Below are positions 28,276 to 37,917 of a stretch of DNA of 58,335 nt, one piece after another. How positions within the stretch are numbered: position 1 is the stretch's first letter; the number at the start of each line of letters is the position of its first letter. The DNA comes from an uncultured Bacteroidales bacterium (GTDB lineage Bacteria > Bacteroidota > Bacteroidia > Bacteroidales > WCHB1-69): NCBI GenBank assembly GCA_937901455.1, contig CALDIA010000087.1, positions 1 through 58,335 on the forward strand. The letters run 5' to 3'. A model generated the notes under the pieces. It did no database searches and was not told the DNA's origin. It saw nothing but the letters and a program-made list of their open reading frames with translations. A program made the position numbers and the translations under genes.

Positions 28276-29298
28276 ATGGGTCTGTTTTCATTTTTCACTA
28301 AAGAAATCGCTATCGATTTGGGCACAGCCAACACGGTTATCTTGCATAACAACCAAGTGGTGGTAGATGAGCCCTCTATCATAGCTATCGACACGAAGAC
28401 CAATTCGGTGAAAGCGGTCGGGAAGAAAGCCATGTACATGGAAGGCCGCTGCCCCAAAGGTATCATCACCATTCGTCCCCTTCGTGACGGTGTCATAGCC
28501 GATTTCCAAGCCACGGAGATGATGCTTCGTGAGTTCATAAAGATGACAGGGACAAAAGGTTATCTGTTTCCTCCATCCTTGAAGATGGTTATCTGTATTC
28601 CTTCCGGTATTACTGAGGTAGAGGAACGCGCTGTTCGCGATTCTGCCGAGCAGGCAGGCGCCAAGGAGGTCCGTATGATTCACGAACCTATGGCTGCAGC
28701 TATCGGTATTGGCTTGGATGTGCTGGATGCCAACGGTAATATGATTATTGATATTGGCGGTGGTACCAGCGAGATTGCCGTCATCGCCTTGGGTGGTATT
28801 ACCACGAGTACCTCTGTGAAGGTGGCTGGTGACAAGTTCAACAACGATATTATCGCCTATATGCGTCGTAACCACAATATCGAAATCGGCTTGGCCACAG
28901 CTGAGCAAATCAAGATTAATGTGGGTGCTGCCATGGACACGCTTGACAATCCCCCACCAGACTATGAGGTGACAGGCCGAAGCCTCGCCAAAGGAGTACC
29001 TATCTCCGTGACAGTCAACTACCGCGAGATCGCCCAAGCCCTGGATGTCTCCATCGGCATGATCGAAACCGCCGTAAGCTCCGCATTGGAGCAAACCCCG
29101 CCTGAGTTGTCATCCGATATCTACAAAACCGGTATCTACATGGCTGGCGGTGGCTCCCTGCTGAGAGGCCTTGACAAGCGACTCGCCGACAAAACAGGCC
29201 TGAAAGTGCATGTGGCCGACGACCCATTGCTCGCCGTGGCCCGCGGTACTGCTATCGCACTTAAGAACTTCGACAAGTTCCCATTCCTTATGAAGTAA
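28276..29298 (+). CDS. mreB: Rod shape-determining protein MreB
   Basis: 340 aa with actin-like ATPase motifs (IAIDLGTANT, DIGGGTSEIAVI). No mreC/mreD follows; a terminator does. Confidence 0.95.
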   Translation: MGLFSFFTKEIAIDLGTANTVILHNNQVVVDEPSIIAIDTKTNSVKAVGKKAMYMEGRCPKGIITIRPLRDGVIADFQATEMMLREFIKMTGTKGYLFPPSLKMVICIPSGITEVEERAVRDSAEQAGAKEVRMIHEPMAAAIGIGLDVLDANGNMIIDIGGGTSEIAVIALGGITTSTSVKVAGDKFNNDIIAYMRRNHNIEIGLATAEQIKINVGAAMDTLDNPPPDYEVTGRSLAKGVPISVTVNYREIAQALDVSIGMIETAVSSALEQTPPELSSDIYKTGIYMAGGGSLLRGLDKRLADKTGLKVHVADDPLLAVARGTAIALKNFDKFPFLMK

Positions 29299-29315
29299 TG
29301 CTTTTTCCAATATCT

Positions 29316-29344
29316 AAGCCGGTATGTAATGCCGGCTTTTTTTA
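29316..29344 (+). terminator. Rho-independent terminator after mreB
   Basis: The stem agccgg/ccggct is followed by a T-run: aagccggtatgtaatgccggcttttttt. Confidence 0.7.
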
Positions 29345-29389
29345 TGCGATATTTTTTTCATTTTGATGGAATGATTAATAGAAAAATTG

Positions 29390-29397
29390 TATTTTTG
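29390..29397 (+). promoter_or_regulatory. TAnnTTTG -7 box (TATTTTTG) for the usp/flavin reductase/Nif3/zinc-ribbon block
   Basis: The motif lies 75 nt upstream of the ATG at 29472. Confidence 0.45.
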
Positions 29398-29471
29398 TCA
29401 TGATTTTTAAATCAGTCTTTCTTATTCTCGAAAAATAAATAATTAAGTATCAATATTAAAAAATTAACACT

Positions 29472-30311
29472 ATGAAAAATATTCTTGTCGGTATCGACTT
29501 TTCTAACAGTTCAATGACCGCTATGCGCCATGCTGTGGCTTTGGCACTCAAGTCTGACTCTACTCTGCATTTAGTATGGGTTAAGACCCCAGGAGCCATG
29601 AAAAATATTGAGGAAAATGAACATTATTTGGGCGATATTCAGCAAAAGTTGAACGAGTGGGTGGAATTGTGTAAAAAAGAATCCCCAAACACCCCTGTTA
29701 ACAGCATTATTTTGGAAGGAAAGGTACACCTTGCCATCACAGAGTATGCCAGCAACCTGCCTGAATCCATTATCGTTATGGGTGCACACGGCACTTCCGG
29801 TTTTGAAGAGGGCTACATCGGAAACAATGCCTACCGACTGATAAACGGAGCCACGGTTCCCGTGCTTATCATGCGTGAGAATATCCAGATTAATCGCGAC
29901 TTGCATAAGATTTTTGTGCCTATTGATACCAGTTTTGAGACATTGCAGAAGATAAAACACGCCATTGATCTTGCCAAGATGTTTGCTGCACAGATTTTCC
30001 TATTCGGTGTTAACTATCCGAACAATGCTGAGGTGCGTCACATTATAAACGTACAGTTGCGTCATGCCGCCGATATGTGCGACGAGGCTAATGTGCGTTA
30101 TGTGGTGGAGGCTATGAATATTAATCATAACGATGTGTGCAACACCATTTTGCAAAGTGCCTCCGATTATGATTCCAACATTATCGTCATTATGCGTGAG
30201 GAGAATGAGACTGACTTCACGGCTTCTCGCAATATGCGTCAAATCTTGAGTACGTGTGCAATGCCGTTGTACATCATACCTAATGTCAACGCCTATTCGG
30301 TGAGCAGATGA
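29472..30311 (+). CDS. Universal stress protein (tandem Usp domains)
   Basis: 279 aa with two Usp-like halves (ILVGIDFS..., IIVMGAHGTSG; IFVPIDTS...). Confidence 0.7.
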   Translation: MKNILVGIDFSNSSMTAMRHAVALALKSDSTLHLVWVKTPGAMKNIEENEHYLGDIQQKLNEWVELCKKESPNTPVNSIILEGKVHLAITEYASNLPESIIVMGAHGTSGFEEGYIGNNAYRLINGATVPVLIMRENIQINRDLHKIFVPIDTSFETLQKIKHAIDLAKMFAAQIFLFGVNYPNNAEVRHIINVQLRHAADMCDEANVRYVVEAMNINHNDVCNTILQSASDYDSNIIVIMREENETDFTASRNMRQILSTCAMPLYIIPNVNAYSVSR

Positions 30312-30907
30312 TGCCCGAAAGAAAGCGCTTGCTGCAACCCGGCAACATGTTGAACCCCACTCCGGTGGTGATGGTGTCGTGTGGCTCTACTGTGGACGAG
30401 TACAACATTATCACCATTGCGTGGACAGGAACGCTTTGCTCCGATCCGCCCCTTTGCTATATCGCCGTACGTCCGTCGCGGCACTCATACGACATTATCA
30501 AGCGTACAGGCGAGTTCGTCATCAACTTGGTGTCGCATGAACTGGCCCCCATAGCCGACTGGTGTGGCGTACGCTCGGGAAAGCAGTACCATAAGTTCCT
30601 CGAAACGAATCTTACCCCCGTACATGGCAGCAAAGTGGTTGCTCCCATCATCGCCGAGTCGCCAGTCAACATCGAGTGTAGCGTGCGCAATGTCGTGCCC
30701 CTCGGCGCCCACGACCTCTTCATCGGTGAAGTAGTGGCCGTGCAAGCTCACGAGTCACTCTTCAATCCAAAGACCGATGCGCTGGAACTGCAACGTGCCC
30801 AACTGGTAAGCTATTCTCATGGACATTACTACGAACTGGGCAGGATCATTGGAAAATTCGGATTTTCAGTAGAAAAGAAAACAAACAAATGCAAATCAAA
30901 GAAATAA
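30308..30907 (+). CDS. Flavin reductase family protein (FMN-binding split barrel)
   Basis: 199 aa with the sequences PTPVVMVSCG..NIITIAWTG and GEFVINL, typical of flavin reductase-like domains. There is an ATGA overlap with the usp gene. Confidence 0.7.
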   Translation: MMPERKRLLQPGNMLNPTPVVMVSCGSTVDEYNIITIAWTGTLCSDPPLCYIAVRPSRHSYDIIKRTGEFVINLVSHELAPIADWCGVRSGKQYHKFLETNLTPVHGSKVVAPIIAESPVNIECSVRNVVPLGAHDLFIGEVVAVQAHESLFNPKTDALELQRAQLVSYSHGHYYELGRIIGKFGFSVEKKTNKCKSKK

Positions 30908-31986
30908 TCACCCATCTGGAACGCAGATTTCCACTTTCTTTACAGGAAGACTTTGACAACTGCGGTGTGCAGTGCGGCGATGTGTGCCAAGAAGCCACCG
31001 GCGTGATGGTGTGCTTTGAGATGTCACTTTCCATTATAGAAGAGGCAGTGAGCCAAGGTGCCAATCTGGTAATCTCCCATCATCCTATGATGCTTAAAAG
31101 AGGTATTCAGAAGATAGTCCCTACTGACAGAGTGGGGGAGATAATATGCAAAGCATTGGAACACAAAGTGGTACTCTATGCTATGCATACTAATATTGAC
31201 AGTGCTGAGGGCGGTGGCAACGACGCCTTTGCCCAAAGGATCGGCCTGCAACATTGCGAGGTGCTGGTTCCCCGCGCGGGGCATCTGCGCAAAGTGGTGG
31301 TCTTTGTGCCTACCTCCGACGCCTCGCGCATGCAAGATGCCCTCTCGGAGATAGGTTGCGGCAACTTGGGTCAGTACGACCGTTGTGCCTATTCTATGAC
31401 GGGTACCGGTACGTTCCGTCCATTAGAGGGCGCAACACCCTTTATCGGACAGCCACTAACCCAAGAAGAAGTGGAAGAAACCCGCATGGAAATGGTTTTT
31501 CCTGCCTCTTTGCAGCGTAAAGTCATCACTACCATCTATCAGCATCATCCCTACGAGGAGCCTGCTTTCGATATTCTTCGTCTGGAAAACGCCTCCCGCA
31601 CCGAAGGCCTTGGGCGTATTGGAATACTCCCCGATCCTATGCCATTGCCCGTCTTTCTCACTTATGTGAAAGACAAAATGCAACTTTCTCATCTTCGTTA
31701 CTATGGAGATGAAGGAAAAATGGTCCGCAAAGTGGCTGTTTGCGGTGGAGGAGGTGCCTCCTTTATCGAAGTCGCCATGGCCGCCGGCGCCGATGCTTAC
31801 GTGACAGGCGATGTGAAATACCATGACTTCTTCAAGGCTTATCCCAACATGTGCGTGGTAGACATTGGCCACTATGAAGGCGAGGTCTTTATAAAAGAAA
31901 TAATTTATAAGGAATTAAAAGAAAAATTTCCTACTTTTGCCGTTTCTATCGCTCAGAGCGAGAAATTGGAAATACACTATTTATAA
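30889..31986 (+). CDS. Nif3-like dinuclear metal centre hexameric protein
   Basis: 365 aa with the motifs EDFDNCGVQ, LVISHHP and YAMHTNID, a PII-like insert, and the C-terminal DIGHYEGE. Confidence 0.85.
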   Translation: MQIKEIITHLERRFPLSLQEDFDNCGVQCGDVCQEATGVMVCFEMSLSIIEEAVSQGANLVISHHPMMLKRGIQKIVPTDRVGEIICKALEHKVVLYAMHTNIDSAEGGGNDAFAQRIGLQHCEVLVPRAGHLRKVVVFVPTSDASRMQDALSEIGCGNLGQYDRCAYSMTGTGTFRPLEGATPFIGQPLTQEEVEETRMEMVFPASLQRKVITTIYQHHPYEEPAFDILRLENASRTEGLGRIGILPDPMPLPVFLTYVKDKMQLSHLRYYGDEGKMVRKVAVCGGGGASFIEVAMAAGADAYVTGDVKYHDFFKAYPNMCVVDIGHYEGEVFIKEIIYKELKEKFPTFAVSIAQSEKLEIHYL

Positions 31987-32014
31987 TACGTAGAATCAAA
32001 TAATTATCAATATT

Positions 32015-32944
32015 ATGGCTAAGAAAAAAACTACCGAAAAAGAGGAAGAAAAAGTGCAGGCCGTCACCACAGAGGCGCCCGTGAAAGAGGTGCGACAGAT
32101 TGCTGACGAGGAGGTGACCGTTGAAAAAACGGCTGACGGCGTGATTGAGGTCAAGAAGTTGGACACAGTCCAGAACAGCGCTGAAGAGCTTTCCATTGAA
32201 CAAAAACTTCTCTCTTTGTATAATCTGCAACAAATTTGTTCAAAGATTGATGAAATCCGCATGATTCGCGGTGAACTGCCCGAAGAGATACGCGACAATG
32301 AAGACGAATGCGAAGGCAAGAAGACCCGTATTGCGAATCTGCAAGAGGAAATCAAGAATCTCAAGAGCAATATTGCGGGCGAAAATGCCAAGAAAGCAGA
32401 TGCAGCAGCTTCCATCAAGAGATATGAAGAACAACAGAACAATGTGCGCAACAACCGTGAATATGAATCTTTAAGTAAAGAGATCGAATTTCAGAATCTG
32501 GAGATTCAAGTAGCTGACAAGCACATTGCCAAGTTTGAGGCGGAGATAGCCGAGAAAGAGACAAAGATTTCCGATACCCAAACCCGTCTTGAGGAGTTGG
32601 AAGAGGTGCTCAAGCAGAAGAAAGCCGAGTTGGAAGTGATTGTGGCTGATACAGAGAAGGAGGAGAAAGAGTTGATAGCCAAGGCTGAAGAACACAAAGA
32701 GAAAGTGGATGCCCGCTTGCTGACAGCCTTTGAGCGTATCCGCAAAAATGCGCATAATGGTTTGGCCATTGTGAAGATTGAGCGTGACGCTTGTGGCGGT
32801 TGTTTTAGTAAAATACCACCCCAACGCCAGCTGGACATTGCGCTGCATAAAAAGATCATTGTTTGCGAGGCATGCGGTCGTATCTTCATAGACGACAAGT
32901 TGGTGAAGAGTCAATATGAGCCTGAAATTATCACTGGCGCATAG
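32015..32944 (+). CDS. C4-type zinc-ribbon coiled-coil protein (DUF164/zf-RING_7 family, the usual Nif3 neighbour)
   Basis: 309 aa with a long coiled coil and a C-terminal CGGCFSKIPPQ...CEACGRI zinc ribbon. The N-terminus carries a Lys/Glu-rich extension. Confidence 0.7.
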   Translation: MAKKKTTEKEEEKVQAVTTEAPVKEVRQIADEEVTVEKTADGVIEVKKLDTVQNSAEELSIEQKLLSLYNLQQICSKIDEIRMIRGELPEEIRDNEDECEGKKTRIANLQEEIKNLKSNIAGENAKKADAAASIKRYEEQQNNVRNNREYESLSKEIEFQNLEIQVADKHIAKFEAEIAEKETKISDTQTRLEELEEVLKQKKAELEVIVADTEKEEKELIAKAEEHKEKVDARLLTAFERIRKNAHNGLAIVKIERDACGGCFSKIPPQRQLDIALHKKIIVCEACGRIFIDDKLVKSQYEPEIITGA

Positions 32945-32965
32945 TGTTAGTGATTAAGAGATAAT

Positions 32966-32998
32966 GTAAAAAGGCATCCGTGAAAGGATGCCTTTTTT
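32966..32998. terminator. Bidirectional hairpin terminator between convergent genes
   Basis: The sequence is aaaaaggcatccgtgaaaggatgcctttttt, with a 9-bp stem, an A-run 5' and a T-run 3'. Confidence 0.7.
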
Positions 32999-33024
32999 GT
33001 GGCTGACGTTGAGGGATAAAAGTC

Positions 33025-33825
33025 TTAGAATCGGCCACCGGCACCACCGCCGCCGAAGCCGCCACCCCCACCGAAGCCACCGAAGCCGCCAAAGCCGCCA
33101 AAATCCCCAAAGCTTCCCCCGCTGCTGGATCCGCTGCCCTTGCCCCAAACGGGACCGATGAAAGGCCCGCCGTAGCCATCGGAATGGTGGCTGTTGCCGT
33201 GTTCATTGTTGTTGAAATATTTCAGGGAGATATAGATGAAGAGCACTATCAGAATGGCGAAGCCAATTACGAAGATGATTTCTTCCAAGGTGACGGTATC
33301 TTCCATGAGTCGCTCGGCAGAAATTTCACCAGCGGCGACGGGCAGGAGATAGGTCAGTGCCGAGTCAATAGCCGCTGTGTAATGCTGTTGCGATAACTCA
33401 GGAATCATCTTTAGGTCTATGAGTCTTTTGGCGAAGATGTCGGTGATGACAGGTTCCAGGTCATAACCCACGGAGATGTACACATCTCCATCATGCGTTG
33501 TGCTGGGTTTTATGAGGATGACCACTCCGTTACGGTAATCTTTGGATCGCACGCCCCAACGTTCGCCAATTTCGTAGGCGAATTCCGCCGCGGTGTAGTT
33601 GCCCAAATCATTGACCAGCACCACGCATATCATATTGGAGGTGGAGTCGTTGAAGGCAACGAGTTGTCGTTCCAGACGGTTCACGTCTGCTGTCGGTAGC
33701 ACTCCCGTGAAGTCATTGACTAATCGGGGAGGATCGGGCACAGGCGGAATCGCGTCTGCGCTTGGGCGCGCAACGAGCGTGATGGTGAAACACCAAAGCA
33801 ACCAAAGAATTGTAAGGCGGCGCAT
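33025..33825 (-). CDS. TPM domain-containing protein (YgcG-like) with TM segment and Gly/Phe-rich tail
   Basis: 266 aa with a signal peptide and a TPM block (VNDFTGVL...VVLV...NGVVILI). A TM helix follows, then a C-terminal GGFGGFGGFGGGGGFGGGGAGG tail encoded by near-tandem gccaccgaagcc units. Confidence 0.75.
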   Translation of the reverse strand: MRRLTILWLLWCFTITLVARPSADAIPPVPDPPRLVNDFTGVLPTADVNRLERQLVAFNDSTSNMICVVLVNDLGNYTAAEFAYEIGERWGVRSKDYRNGVVILIKPSTTHDGDVYISVGYDLEPVITDIFAKRLIDLKMIPELSQQHYTAAIDSALTYLLPVAAGEISAERLMEDTVTLEEIIFVIGFAILIVLFIYISLKYFNNNEHGNSHHSDGYGGPFIGPVWGKGSGSSSGGSFGDFGGFGGFGGFGGGGGFGGGGAGGRF

Positions 33826-33838
33826 CTCTTACGACCAA

Positions 33839-34435
33839 TTAGAAGTCAAATTCCACTTTGGGAGAGTTCTCAGCACCAGAAGAAGCCTTGAAATAGCCTT
33901 TACTCTTGAAGTTACAAATGCCTGCAATAATGTTGTTTGGAAATTGGCGGATGTAAGAGTTGAATTGCTGCACCGTTTCGTTGTATTTGTTGCGTTCAGT
34001 GGCAATGCGGTTCTCAATGCCCTCCAACTGAGCTTGCAAGTCTCTGAAACCCTGTGTGGCCGTCAGTTCAGGGTATCTCTCTACAGAAACCAACAAGCGG
34101 CTGATGGCTGATCCGAGTTCGTCTTGTACAGCCTGGAACTTAGCGATGTTCTCCTCAGACAGGTCGTCGGTGTTCACGTTGACCGCTGTGGCCTTGGCAC
34201 GTGCATTGATGACCGCCTCCAAGGTGCTTTTCTCAAAGTTGGCAGCACCCTGCACAGTGGCTACCAAGTTGGGGATAAGGTCCATACGGCGCTGATACAC
34301 GTTTTCTACATTCGACCACGCCTGATTGCAAGTCTCCTCTTTCGACACCATGTTGTTGTATGGGCGGATGGTGAAAGGAAGCAATACGATGGCAATGACA
34401 GCCAGAATCAATAAGATTTTGATGGTTTTTTTCAT
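33839..34435 (-). CDS. lemA: LemA family protein
   Basis: The N-terminal TM segment is followed by conserved LemA blocks (WSNVENVYQRRMDLIPNLV, YPELTATQGFRDLQ). The start was set at MKKTIKIL, in an ATGA overlap with the waaA stop; the ORF-track start is 34507. Confidence 0.85.
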   Translation of the reverse strand: MKKTIKILLILAVIAIVLLPFTIRPYNNMVSKEETCNQAWSNVENVYQRRMDLIPNLVATVQGAANFEKSTLEAVINARAKATAVNVNTDDLSEENIAKFQAVQDELGSAISRLLVSVERYPELTATQGFRDLQAQLEGIENRIATERNKYNETVQQFNSYIRQFPNNIIAGICNFKSKGYFKASSGAENSPKVEFDF

Positions 34436-35664
34436 AAGATATTTTTTTGAATTGTTTGTAAAATGCTTACACATGATCCAATGTTTTCTTGTACGAAAGC
34501 CTGGCAAATACGGCAGGTCTCTTGATAGGCATCGGGTTTTTCATCAAAGTAGTGAATCTTCTGCAACAGTTCGTCGGCATTTGAAATGGAGAACGCCCCA
34601 TGGCGGTTTACCAGCGCCACCGCCTCATTGAATTTCTGATACTCAGGGCCGAAAAAAACAGGAGTGCCGTAAACGGCAGCCTCCAAGGTGTTGTGAAGTC
34701 CGGTCTTGAAACCCCCGCCCACATAGCATATCCGCCCATAGCGGTACAGCTTCTTTAGGAGACCGATAGTGTCGATTATCAAGACTCTGCTGTTTGAAAG
34801 TTCTTGTTCATCGCCTTTCGACAAGCAGGTGCATGGGAAAGATGCAAATGCCTTTAAAAGGTCGGCACTCCGCGAGATTTCGTGCGGGGCGACCACCATT
34901 TTGTATTGAGGAAGAGCCTCCAGAACTTGTGCGAGCACCTGCTCGTCGGGAGCCCAAGTGCTGCCAGCCACTATGATTGGTGCCCCTTGCTGGAACGATT
35001 CCATAAAGGGTATCGTATCAGACTGCTTGGCGATATCATAGACACGGTCGAAGCGGGTGTCACCGCAAATCTCAACCTGTGTGATGCCAATACTTTCCAA
35101 TAGCGCCTTGGATTCTGCATTCTGCACAAAGAAAAAGGAGGCTTTTTGCAATTGCAGTCCAAACCATCGGCCTGTTTTTTTGAAAAAATATTGACTGGGG
35201 CGGAAGATGGCACTGATGTAGTAAAAGGGAATGCCCTGGCGGTTTAGTTCAAACATATAGTTGAACCAAAACTCATATTTAACAAAGATGGCAATCTGAG
35301 GCCGCACCGCATTCATGAATTGTTTCACCTTTCGTGGGAGGTCGATGGGCAAGTAGAAGATATAGTCGGGCAGCGGGTCGCTTTTGCTGACCTCATAGCC
35401 TGATGGCGAGAAGAAGGTGAGCAACACTTGGGTATGCGGCGACACGCATTTGATTTGCTCGATGACCGGTTTGGCCTGTTCATACTCACCCAGAGAAGCG
35501 CAGTGCACCCATACCGGGCGTTGGGTGCCGTCAAAGGTGTTGCCAAGTTGTTCAAAAAGCCCCTTTCTCCCGCGCATCCACAACTTGGCCTTGCTGTTGA
35601 AAAGCGAGGCCACGGCAATGCCGCAACGGTAGAAGAAAATGCCGATGGTATATAGTAGCCGCAT
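34432..35664 (-). CDS. waaA: 3-deoxy-D-manno-octulosonic acid (Kdo) transferase
   Basis: 410 aa with the KdtA N-terminal domain (WVHCASLGEYEQAKPVIE) and a GT-B C-terminal half. Confidence 0.85.
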   Translation of the reverse strand: MRLLYTIGIFFYRCGIAVASLFNSKAKLWMRGRKGLFEQLGNTFDGTQRPVWVHCASLGEYEQAKPVIEQIKCVSPHTQVLLTFFSPSGYEVSKSDPLPDYIFYLPIDLPRKVKQFMNAVRPQIAIFVKYEFWFNYMFELNRQGIPFYYISAIFRPSQYFFKKTGRWFGLQLQKASFFFVQNAESKALLESIGITQVEICGDTRFDRVYDIAKQSDTIPFMESFQQGAPIIVAGSTWAPDEQVLAQVLEALPQYKMVVAPHEISRSADLLKAFASFPCTCLSKGDEQELSNSRVLIIDTIGLLKKLYRYGRICYVGGGFKTGLHNTLEAAVYGTPVFFGPEYQKFNEAVALVNRHGAFSISNADELLQKIHYFDEKPDAYQETCRICQAFVQENIGSCVSILQTIQKNIL

Positions 35665-35675
35665 GAATGTTCAAG

Positions 35676-36470
35676 CTATCGGTAATAGAAAGTGGTGACG
35701 GATTTTTTCTCATAAAGAGGAATGTTCCAGCCAAAGCGTAAACCTATCAAGCCACTGAAGGTGTTCTTCATGTTGTCGGTTGGGCCTTCGTTGAAGATGT
35801 AGTTCCTTGCGGGCTTCGACCAGATTTCGTAGAATTCAATGCCAGCATAGAAACTGAGCACTCGGTTTTTCTGGATGTATAGGTAACCTATGAACTGGTT
35901 CATTGCAAAGCCGGCCGACAGATGGTCGTAACCCTTCTTATAGTCGCCATCCAACTGCGGAATCTGATGGTCGTAATCGTTAATGCGGATGAAGTGGCCG
36001 AAATAGCCCATGTTATGCTTGATCCAGATGCCGGAGTTTTTCCATCTGTCCACGGGAATCACCTTGCCCACTCCAAGGCCAAAGAACCAATAGCGGCCCT
36101 CCAGGGAGAGACCATTTGCCTTAAAGCCGTTTCCATCGTAAATGATGTTGTTTTGGTAAAGATCGCCCAAAAAGGCAAAGGTGGTGTCGCGTAGTTTGGC
36201 CCCGAACATGTAATTAGCCGCAAAGTCAATTGTCCAGTTCGACTTGGTTTTGAGGGTCAGGTCAACCCCGACCGACAAGTTGGGCTTGAACCATTCGTGC
36301 AGGGTGCCCACCGGGAGCTGTCCCCCGATGTTGACGCCTGCCCAAAGCATGGTGGCGGCAGTGTCCACATACTTTTTGTCCTTGAAATCAGTTCTATAAT
36401 AAGGTTGTCCCAACAGGAGACATGGGGAAAGTGCCAGTATGACCAACCATAACACAAGTATTCTATTCAT
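35676..36470 (-). CDS. Putative outer-membrane beta-barrel protein, function unknown
   Basis: It has a signal peptide (MNRILVLWLVILALSPCLLLGQ) and alternating aromatic/hydrophobic strands. The start was set at Met16 because the ORF-track Met1 (36515) overlaps the promoter box. Confidence 0.5.
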   Translation of the reverse strand: MNRILVLWLVILALSPCLLLGQPYYRTDFKDKKYVDTAATMLWAGVNIGGQLPVGTLHEWFKPNLSVGVDLTLKTKSNWTIDFAANYMFGAKLRDTTFAFLGDLYQNNIIYDGNGFKANGLSLEGRYWFFGLGVGKVIPVDRWKNSGIWIKHNMGYFGHFIRINDYDHQIPQLDGDYKKGYDHLSAGFAMNQFIGYLYIQKNRVLSFYAGIEFYEIWSKPARNYIFNEGPTDNMKNTFSGLIGLRFGWNIPLYEKKSVTTFYYR

Positions 36471-36512
36471 CAGAGTATTACCCATGGATATAATATAGAT
36501 AAATATAGTCTG

Positions 36513-36520
36513 CAAAGATA
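36513..36520 (-). promoter_or_regulatory. TAnnTTTG -7 box (TATCTTTG on the minus strand) for the OMP-waaA-lemA-TPM unit
   Basis: Plus-strand caaagata lies 43 nt upstream of the ATG at 36470. Confidence 0.5.
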
Positions 36521-36556
36521 ATTAAATTTTAAACATGAGGACAACAAAAAAATGTG

Positions 36557-36564
36557 TATTTTTG
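36557..36564 (+). promoter_or_regulatory. TAnnTTTG -7 box (TATTTTTG) for metK-fabD
   Basis: The motif lies about 124 nt upstream of the metK ATG, which implies an unusually long leader. Confidence 0.45.
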
Positions 36565-36687
36565 CCACTTGAAAACGTGGACGGATTTGTCATGATTGCA
36601 ACCACAAAAAAAAATGCTAAACCATACAGATTCAGCCTCAGTTTTCATTGTGTATTTTTTAAGTGTTAACCTATAAACAAGTTAATT

Positions 36688-37917
36688 ATGAGCTATCTAT
36701 TCACATCTGAATCAGTATCTGAGGGACACCCTGACAAATTGTGTGATCAAATTTCAGACGCTTTACTGGACGCCTTTTTGAAGCAGGATCCAGATTCTAA
36801 AGTGGCTTGCGAAACTTTGTCAACCACCGGGCTGGTAGTATGTGCCGGTGAAGTGAAAACCGAAGCCTATGTTTCCATTGACGATGTGGTGCGCGGCGTC
36901 ATCAAGGAGGTGGGTTACGACAAGAGCGATTATCAGTTCGACTACAAATCGTGTAGTGTGCTGTCGGCCATTCACAGTCAGTCGATCGACATTAACCAGG
37001 GTGTGGAGCGCCAGAACGCCAAGGAGCAAGGAGCCGGCGACCAAGGCATCATGTTTGGTTATGCGTGTAACGAGATGGATAACTATATGCCACTGTCCAT
37101 TGAATTGGCTCAACGTCTGGTGCAGGACCTGGCCTACATTCGCAAAAAGACCCACGACATGCCCTACCTGCGTCCCGATTCCAAATCGCAGGTTACAGTG
37201 CAATATTCCGACAACCATATACCGGAACGCATTGATACCATTGTGATTTCCACACAGCATGATGCCAGCTATGGCGACAAGAAACTAACTTCCGCCGATA
37301 TTGAAAAAGACATCCGCAAATATCTCATTCCCAGAGTGGTGGCCGATTGTCCGGAATATGTACGCAAGCTGTTTAAAGATGACTACAAGTTGTACGTCAA
37401 CCCGACGGGATCGTTTGTGGTGGGCGGACCACATGGTGATACAGGACTTACGGGTCGTAAGATCATTGTGGACACCTACGGCGGTCGCGGTGCCCATGGT
37501 GGCGGCGCCTTCTCGGGCAAGGATCCTTCCAAGGTAGACCGTTCTGCTGCCTATGCCGCCCGCCATATTGCCAAAAATATGGTGGCTGCTGGCATTTGCG
37601 ACCAAGTGCTGGTACAACTTAGCTATGCCATTGGCCGTGCCGAACCCGTGGGCTTGTATATTAACACCTATGGTACAGCCAAGGTGCCCATGAACGACGG
37701 AGAGATTGCCCAAGTTGTCGGCAAACATTTCGACCTGACACCCTATGCCATCATTGAGCGTTACCAACTGAAAAACCCCATTTACCAGCCAACTGCCACT
37801 TATGGACATTTTGGCAGAGAACCCTATACACGCACTATTGACGGTCGCGAGGTTACTTTCTTCTCTTGGGAGAAACTGGATTGTATCGACTTCCTGAAAA
37901 AGACCTTTGGTTTATGA
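36688..37917 (+). CDS. metK: S-adenosylmethionine synthase
   Basis: 409 aa with the motifs FTSESVSEGHPDK, GAGDQGIMFGYA, GGPHGDTGLTGRK and GGGAFSGKD. Confidence 0.95.
   Translation: MSYLFTSESVSEGHPDKLCDQISDALLDAFLKQDPDSKVACETLSTTGLVVCAGEVKTEAYVSIDDVVRGVIKEVGYDKSDYQFDYKSCSVLSAIHSQSIDINQGVERQNAKEQGAGDQGIMFGYACNEMDNYMPLSIELAQRLVQDLAYIRKKTHDMPYLRPDSKSQVTVQYSDNHIPERIDTIVISTQHDASYGDKKLTSADIEKDIRKYLIPRVVADCPEYVRKLFKDDYKLYVNPTGSFVVGGPHGDTGLTGRKIIVDTYGGRGAHGGGAFSGKDPSKVDRSAAYAARHIAKNMVAAGICDQVLVQLSYAIGRAEPVGLYINTYGTAKVPMNDGEIAQVVGKHFDLTPYAIIERYQLKNPIYQPTATYGHFGREPYTRTIDGREVTFFSWEKLDCIDFLKKTFGL

Noticed and set aside
36565-36687. A SAM-I or SAM-II riboswitch upstream of metK.
   Set aside because: There is no SAM-I core (GAGGGA...GCAACC type) and no complementary 3' strand for a SAM-II or SAM-V pseudoknot. 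I kept it only as an unexplained long leader.
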